Translations under genes and position numbers: made by a program
Source: Minisyncoccia bacterium
GTDB taxonomy: Bacteria > Patescibacteriota > Minisyncoccia > Phycocordibacterales > CAJBRS01
Assembly (NCBI GenBank): GCA_038215155.1
Contig: JBBQRF010000001.1
Location: 54,042-118,041, forward strand
Length of the DNA: 64,000 bases
Reading direction: 5' to 3'
In this document: piece by piece, positions 28,458 to 36,662 of the stretch
Position numbering within the stretch: position 1 is the stretch's first letter
How the letters are laid out: the number at the start of each line of letters is the position of its first letter
Notes under the pieces: generated by a model
Told to the model about the DNA's origin: nothing
Databases searched by the model: none
Seen by the model: only the letters and a program-made list of their open reading frames with translations

Positions 28458-29870
28458 TTATTTTTTAACCCACCGTTGTTTGCCTTGTGAATTAAAATAT
28501 TTTGAATGTTGGTAAGGCCACCCAATAATTAACGGAATTACTTTTGAGGGTTCGGTTGAATAAAGATAAGCATATTCTGAATTGTGAGTTCGCAAACCCA
28601 GTATTATAGATTCGGTAATTTGTTTTTTTAATTTGGGATTCCAGCGTATTCCTTTTTTAAGTTCAACGTGTATTTCCAGTATTCTATCCATTTTTTTGTT
28701 CTCACGTTTCATCATGGTAGCCTTTCCTGTTAGATAGCGATTTAAAGGATAGCTGTCGATAATAGACCTAATTTCCTCCGGATAAATGTTTGCACCTCTA
28801 AAAACCATACCTAAGTCTGACCGTGCATAGACATAAACAAAGGGCAACTTTAATATTTGATCAAATATTTTATATTTTAAAATTTCCTTCTCGATACTAA
28901 TTCCACTTTTTTTTAACTTTCTCATCATTTCGTCATAAGTAATCACACCCCCAAGATCTGCAAACTCGTAACGAATAAGCGGAATAGAAGAGCCATAATT
29001 AGTGGCTACTACTTTTTTTCCAACCTCCTCAAAAAAAATACTTTGCGGGTAATATTGACCTATTGTCGGAATATTGGTGGCATGTGGAAAGATGGATAAA
29101 AAAACTTTCGGATTTTCATTGGCAATTTTTCGGATTAAGTTAGACAAGGATGTTTCATGCGCAATCGTTCCTTGTTCAACGGTACCGTAAATATTGATAA
29201 TATCGTTTAAAGGGTTTTTTAACCCAGATTTTTTGACAATATAATTGCGGAATTCCTCGGAATACCCTTCCGCAGCAGTTAAAATACGTAAATTATGTTT
29301 AGACCAATGAATGCCTGCCTCCTTTCCACTATCTAAAATATCTTTTATGAAAGGTGGGTAGCCCATCAAGATAACTTGATCATAAAAAGGAGCGAACTTT
29401 TTAAACGACTGAAGATATAACTCTTTGTTTGTGCCGACCGGTACAAGTGTAAAATCATAACCTTTCTGGGCAATTTTGTTGAAATTCTTGTAGGTAAAGA
29501 TGCCGCCAATCCAAATACCAAGTCCAAAGCCCACTATGCCTAGGGTGCGCTTCTTATCTAATTCAAATTGATTGATTAAAAAAATCTCCGATGCGTGCTC
29601 ATATTGACGATCGTGGTCCTCATCGCGCGGAAAGAAAAAAGGCTCACCAGTAGATCCTGAAGTGGCTGAGATTGTCGTTGCCACGGAGACATCTCGATTT
29701 GGAAAAAGGTCAAGATAATCGTGGCTACGGAGATAAGCGTCCTTTGAAAGAAGCGGTAGTTTATGAAAATCCTTGATAGTGGAAATCCGTCCCTTGAATC
29801 CTTGTTTTCTAATAAATTGGCGATAGGCGGGAACGGTTTCGTAAACATACTTAAATAAATTTATAGCCAT
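28458..29870 (-). CDS. PaaK/F390-synthetase-like adenylate-forming enzyme
   Basis: About 470 aa from ATG 29870, preceded by AGGGGGAAAAT. SATSGSTGEPFFFPR resembles the PaaK-family AMP-binding motif. An in-frame open extension upstream (possible starts at 29987/30023) leaves the start uncertain. Confidence 0.55.
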   Translation of the reverse strand: MAINLFKYVYETVPAYRQFIRKQGFKGRISTIKDFHKLPLLSKDAYLRSHDYLDLFPNRDVSVATTISATSGSTGEPFFFPRDEDHDRQYEHASEIFLINQFELDKKRTLGIVGFGLGIWIGGIFTYKNFNKIAQKGYDFTLVPVGTNKELYLQSFKKFAPFYDQVILMGYPPFIKDILDSGKEAGIHWSKHNLRILTAAEGYSEEFRNYIVKKSGLKNPLNDIINIYGTVEQGTIAHETSLSNLIRKIANENPKVFLSIFPHATNIPTIGQYYPQSIFFEEVGKKVVATNYGSSIPLIRYEFADLGGVITYDEMMRKLKKSGISIEKEILKYKIFDQILKLPFVYVYARSDLGMVFRGANIYPEEIRSIIDSYPLNRYLTGKATMMKRENKKMDRILEIHVELKKGIRWNPKLKKQITESIILGLRTHNSEYAYLYSTEPSKVIPLIIGWPYQHSKYFNSQGKQRWVKK

Positions 29871-29979
29871 ATTTTCCCCCTGCCTCTTCCAATATGCTGC
29901 GGGCCGTCTTTTGTAATATGCCAAAGATTTCTCAATCTTGGGAGGAACGAAGTGGGCAAATTTATTTTTCTTTTTGGGG

Positions 29980-31068
29980 CTAGGCATAGGAATTAAAAAT
30001 CTTTTCGGCCATGATATTGGCAATAATATTAGGCGCGGTATTTTCTTTTTTGCTTTTTCTTAAAATATTTTGAAGGGTGTTAGGGATTTCCAACACTTGT
30101 TTTAGTACTTTATTTTCACGATATGTCTTATTCTTAAATTCATCGAAAACAGCAATGAGGCCGCCGGCATTAATGACGTAGTCGGGCGCGTATAGAATAT
30201 CCAATTTGTGGAGCAGTACTCCGATATTTTCATTGGCTAATTGGTTGTTGGCACTACCGGCTATGATTTTAGCTCTAATTTCGGTAATAGTCATTGAGCT
30301 AAGGGAGCCGCTCAGGGCACACGGAGAGAAGACGTCGACATTTTGTTTATGAATTTCTTCCGGCTTTACTATAATCACTTTTGGAAATTTGCGGCGGCAA
30401 AGAGCAATGGCTTTTGGATCGATGTCAGCTCCATAAATTTTCCCCGCTTCAATTCCAGATTTCTTCATTTCTTTCTCAATCAAGGTAAGAAGGGCGTTTC
30501 CAACCTTACCTAACCCTTGGATAGCGAAACTCCTTCCTTCAAAAGAGGTATTGCCATAAATCTCTTTTAAGCAAACTTTTATTGATTCGAAAATGCCGAC
30601 TGCTGTTAAAAAGGTGGCATTGTCATTGAAACCGACTATTTGATTTTTAGCAGCCTTCATTGAATTGAGGTCGCGTCTAAAGACGCCGGCATCCGTCCCG
30701 GTGACGAAGTGAGTAGAGAGAAAGGCTACTTTTTCGGCGTAACTTCTGAAGAGCTCCTTTCGCTTTTTTTCATCTCTATTCCCCACCTTATCAATGATCA
30801 CTCCCTTGGCGCCGCCACAATCAAGTCCTGCCATGGCGGATTTATATGACATAAGGCGAGATAAGCGAAGAGCATCCTGAAGTGCCTCGTTCAGTGAGCC
30901 GTATTGCCACAAACGTGTAGCGCCGAAAGATGGAATGGAAGGATTAGAACGATGAATAACAATAAATCCTTCTAGTCCGGAAGCTTCATCCTGAAGGTAG
31001 GCCACGAAACGATGATCATCAAACTCTGAAAAATCCTTTATGCTTTTTTCAGCTAAAAAGTCGGGCAT
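29980..31068 (-). CDS. Glu/Leu/Phe/Val amino-acid dehydrogenase family (Leu/Phe-DH-like)
   Basis: 362 aa; GATRLWQYGSLNEALQDALRLSRLMSYKSAMAGLDCGGAKGVI matches the LeuDH/PheDH substrate/catalytic-Lys region (GGTRMW...GGGK); Rossmann GLGKVG. Confidence 0.75.
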   Translation of the reverse strand: MPDFLAEKSIKDFSEFDDHRFVAYLQDEASGLEGFIVIHRSNPSIPSFGATRLWQYGSLNEALQDALRLSRLMSYKSAMAGLDCGGAKGVIIDKVGNRDEKKRKELFRSYAEKVAFLSTHFVTGTDAGVFRRDLNSMKAAKNQIVGFNDNATFLTAVGIFESIKVCLKEIYGNTSFEGRSFAIQGLGKVGNALLTLIEKEMKKSGIEAGKIYGADIDPKAIALCRRKFPKVIIVKPEEIHKQNVDVFSPCALSGSLSSMTITEIRAKIIAGSANNQLANENIGVLLHKLDILYAPDYVINAGGLIAVFDEFKNKTYRENKVLKQVLEIPNTLQNILRKSKKENTAPNIIANIMAEKIFNSYA

Positions 31069-31073
31069 AGTGT

Positions 31074-32153
31074 TTAAGCGTGAGTTGAATGAGTAATGTC
31101 TGTGGGTGAAATATAACTTCGAATATCTAAATCAGTACTTTCTCCAGAGACGACTTTCTTCAGCATGGCAGTTACGACGACGCCGCCTAAAATTGCGGCG
31201 GAGCCAAGCTGAGGCCAAGAAACAAGTTCCTTGGAAATTACACGGGGTACAGCCATCATCATGTTGGGGTCCACTTTGTCGGGTCCTCCGACAATATCTC
31301 CGATAATCATTTTGCCCGCCATTTCTTTAGTGAAAGGGCCAGCAGCCAATTTCTTTTTAAAATATTCGACGTCTTTGCCCCATATCTTGGTGTTGCCTAA
31401 ATCGTATCTTTCAACATGGAGAACTACGCCGTCGCCATTATCGGTCACCATTAATACGGCTTTTTTATATTTTATGGCAAGGAGGCGGGCATGAATTTTA
31501 AATGGCATATCATCAATTTCCTCAACAATGCAGTCAATCTTCCCCGCTTTCAATAATTCTTCTAAGTTATCTTCGTTTACGCCATCTTTCAATAACGTTA
31601 CTTCCGCAAAAGGATTGTCTTCGTAGATGCGGCGAGCGGCAATGATGGTCTTGTTGATACCTATCTGATGAGCACCTGCTAAGATTCTGTTTAAATTAGT
31701 GGTGTCGAGCTCGTCGAAATCAGCTAAGACGATCTTATTTGAGATTCCAGCTTGAGTCATGACGAAAGCAATGTTAGAGCCAACACTCATTCCAAGGACA
31801 GCTACTTTATAATCCCGTAATTTTTTCTGAAGATCGGGTGATATTAGTCCGTCGTTTCTGTTAGTCTTCAGGCGATAGTAGTTGTCGGCTTTAACTGTTT
31901 TGATTAAATGATGATTCCATGGGAAATAAACGTGAATAAAATCGTCCTTTTTATCATCGGTGTATTTTTTGAAGTCATCGGTCTTGTAGACTTCTTCTTT
32001 GTCTTGGCCGATGAATGAATGATTATCAATAAAGAACAATTCTTTTAGCTGACGATCAAAAGCGTCAACAACAGTGATATAGGAGTGCTGATTTAGAAAT
32101 TCTTCTACCTTCTCCGAGCTTTCAAAATAAAGCGGTTTTTCAGAAGTGTCCAT
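31074..32153 (-). CDS. E1-like (ThiF/MoeB/MccB superfamily) adenylyltransferase with N-terminal extension
   Basis: 359 aa; KVAVLGMSVGSNIAFVMTQAGI...IVLADFDELDTTNLNR matches the E1 nucleotide-binding fold (GxGxxG ... D.D.V..SNLNRQ). It has about 110 aa N-terminal and about 100 aa C-terminal extensions and no CxxC zinc motif. Confidence 0.7.
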   Translation of the reverse strand: MDTSEKPLYFESSEKVEEFLNQHSYITVVDAFDRQLKELFFIDNHSFIGQDKEEVYKTDDFKKYTDDKKDDFIHVYFPWNHHLIKTVKADNYYRLKTNRNDGLISPDLQKKLRDYKVAVLGMSVGSNIAFVMTQAGISNKIVLADFDELDTTNLNRILAGAHQIGINKTIIAARRIYEDNPFAEVTLLKDGVNEDNLEELLKAGKIDCIVEEIDDMPFKIHARLLAIKYKKAVLMVTDNGDGVVLHVERYDLGNTKIWGKDVEYFKKKLAAGPFTKEMAGKMIIGDIVGGPDKVDPNMMMAVPRVISKELVSWPQLGSAAILGGVVVTAMLKKVVSGESTDLDIRSYISPTDITHSTHA

Positions 32154-32273
32154 ATAGATATTATATAACAGATATAAAATAATGGCTCGGACGGGGATAA
32201 TCCGCTATAGATGATACAATGCGTCTTAAATTTATCAATGATAATTATCTCACAAGTATATACTTATAAAGAT

Positions 32274-32789
32274 CTAGTCTTTCCTTTTAAAAATAAACCT
32301 AATAATATGCCAAAATTTAACTTCCCCTCTCATGGTCTTACCATATCCCTCGGTGACGGATTTTTCGATGAGAGATAGGTTAAGAGAATCAATACAAGGA
32401 AGGATTTCCGGAAGATCGAAAAATGACATATTTTTATTGCCCATCCACTCGTCATGGGGACCGAAAAGGCTGAAATACATTACTCCATTAAGAGCTAATC
32501 CCTTTGACATATTAGCCAATATTTTCTTGACCTTTTCTTTATCGGAAATGAAAGAGAGGGTGTTATTGCAGATAATAACATTATATTTTTCAGGTTCGAT
32601 GTGAAAGTTCGTTATATCTGTTCTAATTGCTGATCTATATTCACTCCGAACATCTACGGAAATGACTTTGTAACCAAGTTTTTTAAAATACTCGGAATCA
32701 TCACCTGCTCCACACCCTAGATCAAGCATGTTACCGCTGTCTTTGATCAAGTCGAGCTCGATCATTTTGTTTATATAATGTTTTACCAT
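32274..32789 (-). CDS. class I SAM-dependent methyltransferase
   Basis: 171 aa; motif I LDLGCGAGDDS, followed by acidic post-I VISVDV. Confidence 0.7.
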   Translation of the reverse strand: MVKHYINKMIELDLIKDSGNMLDLGCGAGDDSEYFKKLGYKVISVDVRSEYRSAIRTDITNFHIEPEKYNVIICNNTLSFISDKEKVKKILANMSKGLALNGVMYFSLFGPHDEWMGNKNMSFFDLPEILPCIDSLNLSLIEKSVTEGYGKTMRGEVKFWHIIRFIFKRKD

Positions 32790-32796
32790 TTTGCTT

Positions 32797-32841
32797 ATTT
32801 AAAAAATTGCCCGTACTACTTGTTATGGTGAGCACGGGCAA
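32797..32841 (-). terminator. hairpin terminator after the Cys-rich protein gene
   Basis: ttgcccgt-(19 nt)-acgggcaa stem; on the minus strand it is followed by attttttaaataa. It separates the 32861..33376 gene from the methyltransferase gene. Confidence 0.5.
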
Positions 32842-32860
32842 TTGAGTGGTTATAGACAGA

Positions 32861-33376
32861 CTACGTGTTGGCGCAGTTGTGGCAACTCTTGCAGGACATA
32901 CATGAACCACAATCGCCACTTGGTTCTCCGGAATTACCCCAATTTTCGGAGATGACACCGAAAGTTGAGACTGCGACTGATGCCGCATTCAGGACTTTCC
33001 CTTCAAGTGATTCTCCACGACGACGCGGGCGATGATGGATGAAACGTCCAAATCTGGTTAAGCAAAACTCCTCGTAATCCAGAGTGAACAGGATGAAGTT
33101 ATGCCACATCTCATCAATCTTCGGTGGAGGAGCTATGGGCGTCGTGTTGGTAGCGCAGAGATACAAATATAGTTTTGTATCCTCGAAGCAGTGTACTGCA
33201 TCCTCTTCTTTCCATCCGTACTTATCCACCATGCGATGAATCAACGGAAGGAAAATGAATGCCAGAACATACTTAAGATCGACTCGAGACGCTGACTGAT
33301 CGTTAATCTCTCTGTCTTCTTTATCGGCCCGTGTACGCTTCGCACCCGTTTTAGGGGGTACAGCTATTGTTTTCAT
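32861..33376 (-). CDS. hypothetical protein with periodic-Cys C-terminal tail (candidate modified-peptide precursor)
   Basis: 171 aa; C-terminal GEPSGDCGSCMSCKSCHNCANT has Cys every third residue (C-xx-C-xx-C-xx-C-xx-C). Monocistronic, with its own terminator; divergent from the M16 peptidase gene. Confidence 0.5.
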   Translation of the reverse strand: MKTIAVPPKTGAKRTRADKEDREINDQSASRVDLKYVLAFIFLPLIHRMVDKYGWKEEDAVHCFEDTKLYLYLCATNTTPIAPPPKIDEMWHNFILFTLDYEEFCLTRFGRFIHHRPRRRGESLEGKVLNAASVAVSTFGVISENWGNSGEPSGDCGSCMSCKSCHNCANT

Positions 33377-33650
33377 AATGAACCTTTCTTTTTTGTGTGT
33401 TCGATTTGAGTTAACACAATCTGGAATTAGTATAATAAAGAAAAGTGATAAGTCAAGTAGTTATTAGAGGCTGGGGTATTTATTAGCTTAGCTTCATAAA
33501 AAAGGATTCTGACCCCTTAATGACGTTTTTTCTGCTTTAGCTTTAGCTGGAGGCATTTAGTGTTTAACTTTTACTATAAGAATCCTCATTTACAAGGTTT
33601 TTTCATTTCACCTGTTAGACATTTTCAGTGGCAAACCTTATCATGTGTAA

Positions 33651-34859
33651 ATGAAAGAATTTCATCTGGAAGACATTCCTGTACGGTTTCACCAAAAAAA
33701 AGATGCTCCAATTTATATCAGAGTTCAGTTTTTGGCTGGAAGTCGCTTTGACGAAAAGGAAGGTACTGCCCACTTTCTAGAACATATGATGTGCGCAGGC
33801 AGCCAAAAATTTACCACCAAGAATTTATTGGCTGAATACATAGAAGCTGTGGGTGGAAATTTCGCCTTAAGCACTAGTAGTGATTATATTAATATTGATA
33901 TCCAGGTTCCGACAAAAGATGAGATGAAGATTGCGGTGGTGATATTAGATGAAATGGTGAATCATTCGCTTTTTGAGCCCGCAACCTTAGAGACTGAGAG
34001 GGGCTCAATCTTGTCCGAACAAGTTATAGCCAAAAATGCACAACGTTCTTATATTCATACAGTATTCAAGAAATTAGCCTATCAAAAAACTGATATTGCA
34101 AAAAATGTCCTCGGAACCAAGGAGTCTGTGATGACTATAACCACGGAGGATCTAAAAAAACACAGGACCAAATATATCCATAGGCAGACTTTAAAAATCT
34201 TAGTTGTGGGAGATATTAGTGAGGAAGAACTCATAAAGGAAATGCGAGGTATAAATTGGGCAACTGGTCCATGTTTTATCGTGGTTAATTTACCCATAGT
34301 AGCAAATCAATTATTTGTCCTTGAAATTTATAATTCAAAAGAGGCTACCCTTCGAGCCGGTTTTAGATTAAGTACTTTTGATATTAAGAATCGAATCTGT
34401 GGGGATATTCTCGCGGAGTTTTTAGGCAGTAGTCGAAGTGGCATTTTAAGTCAAGAACTGCGATATAAAAGAGGTCTGATCTATTCCGCTTCCGCACACC
34501 ATTTTCAATCGATTGATGGGGGTACTTTTTCTGTTACTACCTCCACCGAGGTTAAAAATTTTGCCGAAGTTTTGTCCGTCATTAAACAGATCATAGAAGA
34601 TCTGATCGCTCAGGGAATTCCCGCCTCCACATTGAAATATATAAAATCTAAAATATTAAAATCTATGAAAATAGATTTACAGACCTCTAAAGCTTGGGTG
34701 AATTATATTGAGAATTATGATTTAGAAGAAACAAGCAGATACTTAGAGGATATAAGTGAAGGGGATATAAAAAATTATATCAATCAAAATTTTGCTATAG
34801 ATAAATTTTTTGTGGCCGTGTGCGGTCCAGAAGATCTTAGGATGATTTTAGAAAAGTAG
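33651..34859 (+). CDS. M16-family zinc peptidase (insulinase/pitrilysin-like, single chain)
   Basis: 402 aa; inverted zinc motif HFLEHM (HxxEH) near the N-terminus; downstream Glu-rich LETERGSILSE. Confidence 0.75.
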   Translation: MKEFHLEDIPVRFHQKKDAPIYIRVQFLAGSRFDEKEGTAHFLEHMMCAGSQKFTTKNLLAEYIEAVGGNFALSTSSDYINIDIQVPTKDEMKIAVVILDEMVNHSLFEPATLETERGSILSEQVIAKNAQRSYIHTVFKKLAYQKTDIAKNVLGTKESVMTITTEDLKKHRTKYIHRQTLKILVVGDISEEELIKEMRGINWATGPCFIVVNLPIVANQLFVLEIYNSKEATLRAGFRLSTFDIKNRICGDILAEFLGSSRSGILSQELRYKRGLIYSASAHHFQSIDGGTFSVTTSTEVKNFAEVLSVIKQIIEDLIAQGIPASTLKYIKSKILKSMKIDLQTSKAWVNYIENYDLEETSRYLEDISEGDIKNYINQNFAIDKFFVAVCGPEDLRMILEK

Positions 34860-34889
34860 CCCCCAACATTTAAGTTGAGAGGCTAGTCT

Positions 34890-35006
34890 TCAGCTGGGAT
34901 CGTGATCGGGACCGCTCGAATCGTGGCTAGAATCGCCACAGGAACCATCGTTGCAGTCGCTACAATCATCAGCTTTCTGGGAGACCATGATGTTTATATT
35001 TAGCAT
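34890..35006 (-). CDS. 38-aa Cys/Asp/Ser-rich small peptide ORF with strong SD
   Basis: GGAGG-TACT-ATG; translation MLNINIMVSQKADDCSDCNDGSCGDSSHDSSGPDHDPS (verified by reverse-complementing 34890-35006). Located between the M16 peptidase gene and a membrane-protein gene. Below the track cut-off. Confidence 0.35.
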   Translation of the reverse strand: MLNINIMVSQKADDCSDCNDGSCGDSSHDSSGPDHDPS

Positions 35007-35067
35007 AGTACCTCCTTTCTAAGGTGAATGCTAAACTTTTTTATTAAAAAAGCAACTCCTTTAAAAT

Positions 35068-35460
35068 TTAAATAAAATACAAATAAACTATAGGCAAAAT
35101 AACAGCTAGAAATGGATAATACCCTTTTAGAATGTATTGATTGACTAAGGCTGGTGTGGCATAGACGTTGGCCCCGGGCAAAATACTGTAAAAAACAAAG
35201 GTAGCTAAAATTAGGAGTAGCAGGGCGCCGAGAATATTTGCCAGAGTTTGCCGGCGACCAAGATACCCTACCGTTACATATCTCTGGATTACTAAGTAAC
35301 AGAAAATGAAAATTAGAATGTAAACAATGGCTCGCACAAAAAAGTGGCCAGAGGATGTGCTGCCGAAGGAGTCAATTCTTTTTAATAAACTGCTTGGAAT
35401 TGAATACCAGAGCAGGGTGGTGGGATAAAAAGAGAGGATAAGATTAAGAATTATGTTCAT
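35068..35460 (-). CDS. hypothetical integral membrane protein
   Basis: 130 aa; about 4 hydrophobic helices. No motif. Confidence 0.5.
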   Translation of the reverse strand: MNIILNLILSFYPTTLLWYSIPSSLLKRIDSFGSTSSGHFFVRAIVYILIFIFCYLVIQRYVTVGYLGRRQTLANILGALLLLILATFVFYSILPGANVYATPALVNQYILKGYYPFLAVILPIVYLYFI

Positions 35461-35541
35461 CTAAAATATTTTATCACACTTCTAATGCAAACTTGACTTA
35501 TTTATGAGAGGGTCCAAGATGGAAAAAGCCCTATAAAACCC

Positions 35542-36054
35542 ATGAACCTTTACAAAAGAATGCAAGTGGAAAATGCTTATCAGAATTCCAAAAAACTTAG
35601 GCAGAATCTTCCTGTGAATGCACAAATTACCTTGGTAGGAGGATGTTTTGATCTACTGCACGTAGGCCATATCCACCTTCTAAAATACGCAGCTTCGTTG
35701 GGAAATTTGGTTATTGTAGCTGTACTTTCGGACTCCTACATTCGTTCCTATAAAGGAGGGGTGCGGCCGATCATTTCGGAAGAAGACCGCCTTAGTTTAC
35801 TGGCTAGTATTAGATTTGTGGACTTTGCCTACATTTCTGATATTAGTACTACACACCCCAAGACTCTAAAATTTCTGCAGCCAGATCTTATGGTGTTTGA
35901 ACAGTCACCAACCAATGATTTAAGGATGAATGTTCGGCTGAAAAATATCTTTAACTTCTCTCCTAAGACAAAAATATTATTCCTACCTCGTTATAAGAAA
36001 GAGAACATTTCAACGGGCAGCATTATTAGTAGGATCCAAGATATTGAAAGCTAA
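35542..36054 (+). CDS. cytidylyltransferase-like nucleotidyltransferase (HxGH family)
   Basis: 170 aa; LVGGCFDLLHVGHIHLL is the (T/H)xGH motif of the CTP/ATP-transferase-like Rossmann family (TagD/RfaE-domain-II-like). Confidence 0.65.
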   Translation: MNLYKRMQVENAYQNSKKLRQNLPVNAQITLVGGCFDLLHVGHIHLLKYAASLGNLVIVAVLSDSYIRSYKGGVRPIISEEDRLSLLASIRFVDFAYISDISTTHPKTLKFLQPDLMVFEQSPTNDLRMNVRLKNIFNFSPKTKILFLPRYKKENISTGSIISRIQDIES

Positions 36055-36611
36055 GCGAGCGGTAGCATTTTTTCGGCTCGAAGTAAGAAAAAATGATCAC
36101 GCCATATGTTGAAACAGGTGTTGTAAAATTTTACTTCACCTTTTTTAACTTTCTCTCTTTGATCTTCCAAGAGTGTTAGCGCCTCCGAAAAAGGGAACCA
36201 CTTAAGGTAAACTCCTATGTCTTTTTCGTTCGAAGTAAGTGCGGGAGTGCCTTTCGAAAGTGCAGTGGCAAAATAAGCGATTGTGATGCAGTGCTTAGCG
36301 TCACGAATACGAAAATCTTCGCTCACTCCAATTTCTCTAGTGAGTTCAACCTCTAACCCTGTTTCCTCTCTACATTCTCGCTTTACCCCTTGAATTATAT
36401 TTTCGCCATTTTCTATTCCACCACCTGGTAATAGGAAAAACGAATGAATTCGGTTTCCAATCAAAGCAATTTGATTATTGTCGTTGAAGATCACCGCTTT
36501 CCCGGTAATCCGATCTTTCCAAACAGGGTCCGGAGTGCTCAAAACTTCTGGAAAAATATCCTTGTCTCTTAAAGTCATCAGAATTTTTAGAGGGTTGGTA
36601 GAGATAATCAT
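36051..36611 (-). CDS. NUDIX hydrolase
   Basis: 186 aa; Nudix box GGGIENGENIIQGVKRECREETGLEV. Confidence 0.82.
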   Translation of the reverse strand: MIISTNPLKILMTLRDKDIFPEVLSTPDPVWKDRITGKAVIFNDNNQIALIGNRIHSFFLLPGGGIENGENIIQGVKRECREETGLEVELTREIGVSEDFRIRDAKHCITIAYFATALSKGTPALTSNEKDIGVYLKWFPFSEALTLLEDQREKVKKGEVKFYNTCFNIWRDHFFLLRAEKMLPLA

Positions 36612-36662
36612 TCATTCTAATTTACTATAGAAACGACCGCAAACCAAAAGAAAGGATTAAAT

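Noticed and set aside
29871-29979. Possible separate small gene in the 109-nt spacer between the dehydrogenase and PaaK-like genes
   Set aside because: The spacer is open only in the PaaK-like gene's own frame. It is more likely an N-terminal extension or 5' UTR of that gene than an independent ORF.
32731-32988. 85-aa minus-strand ORF spanning the methyltransferase start and the Cys-rich gene end
   Set aside because: It would read through the hairpin terminator at 32797-32841 and overlaps two better-supported genes.
33560-33751. 63-aa plus-strand ORF overlapping the M16 peptidase start
   Set aside because: It is out of frame with and overlaps a strongly supported gene, and it sits in a divergent promoter region. 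No SD.
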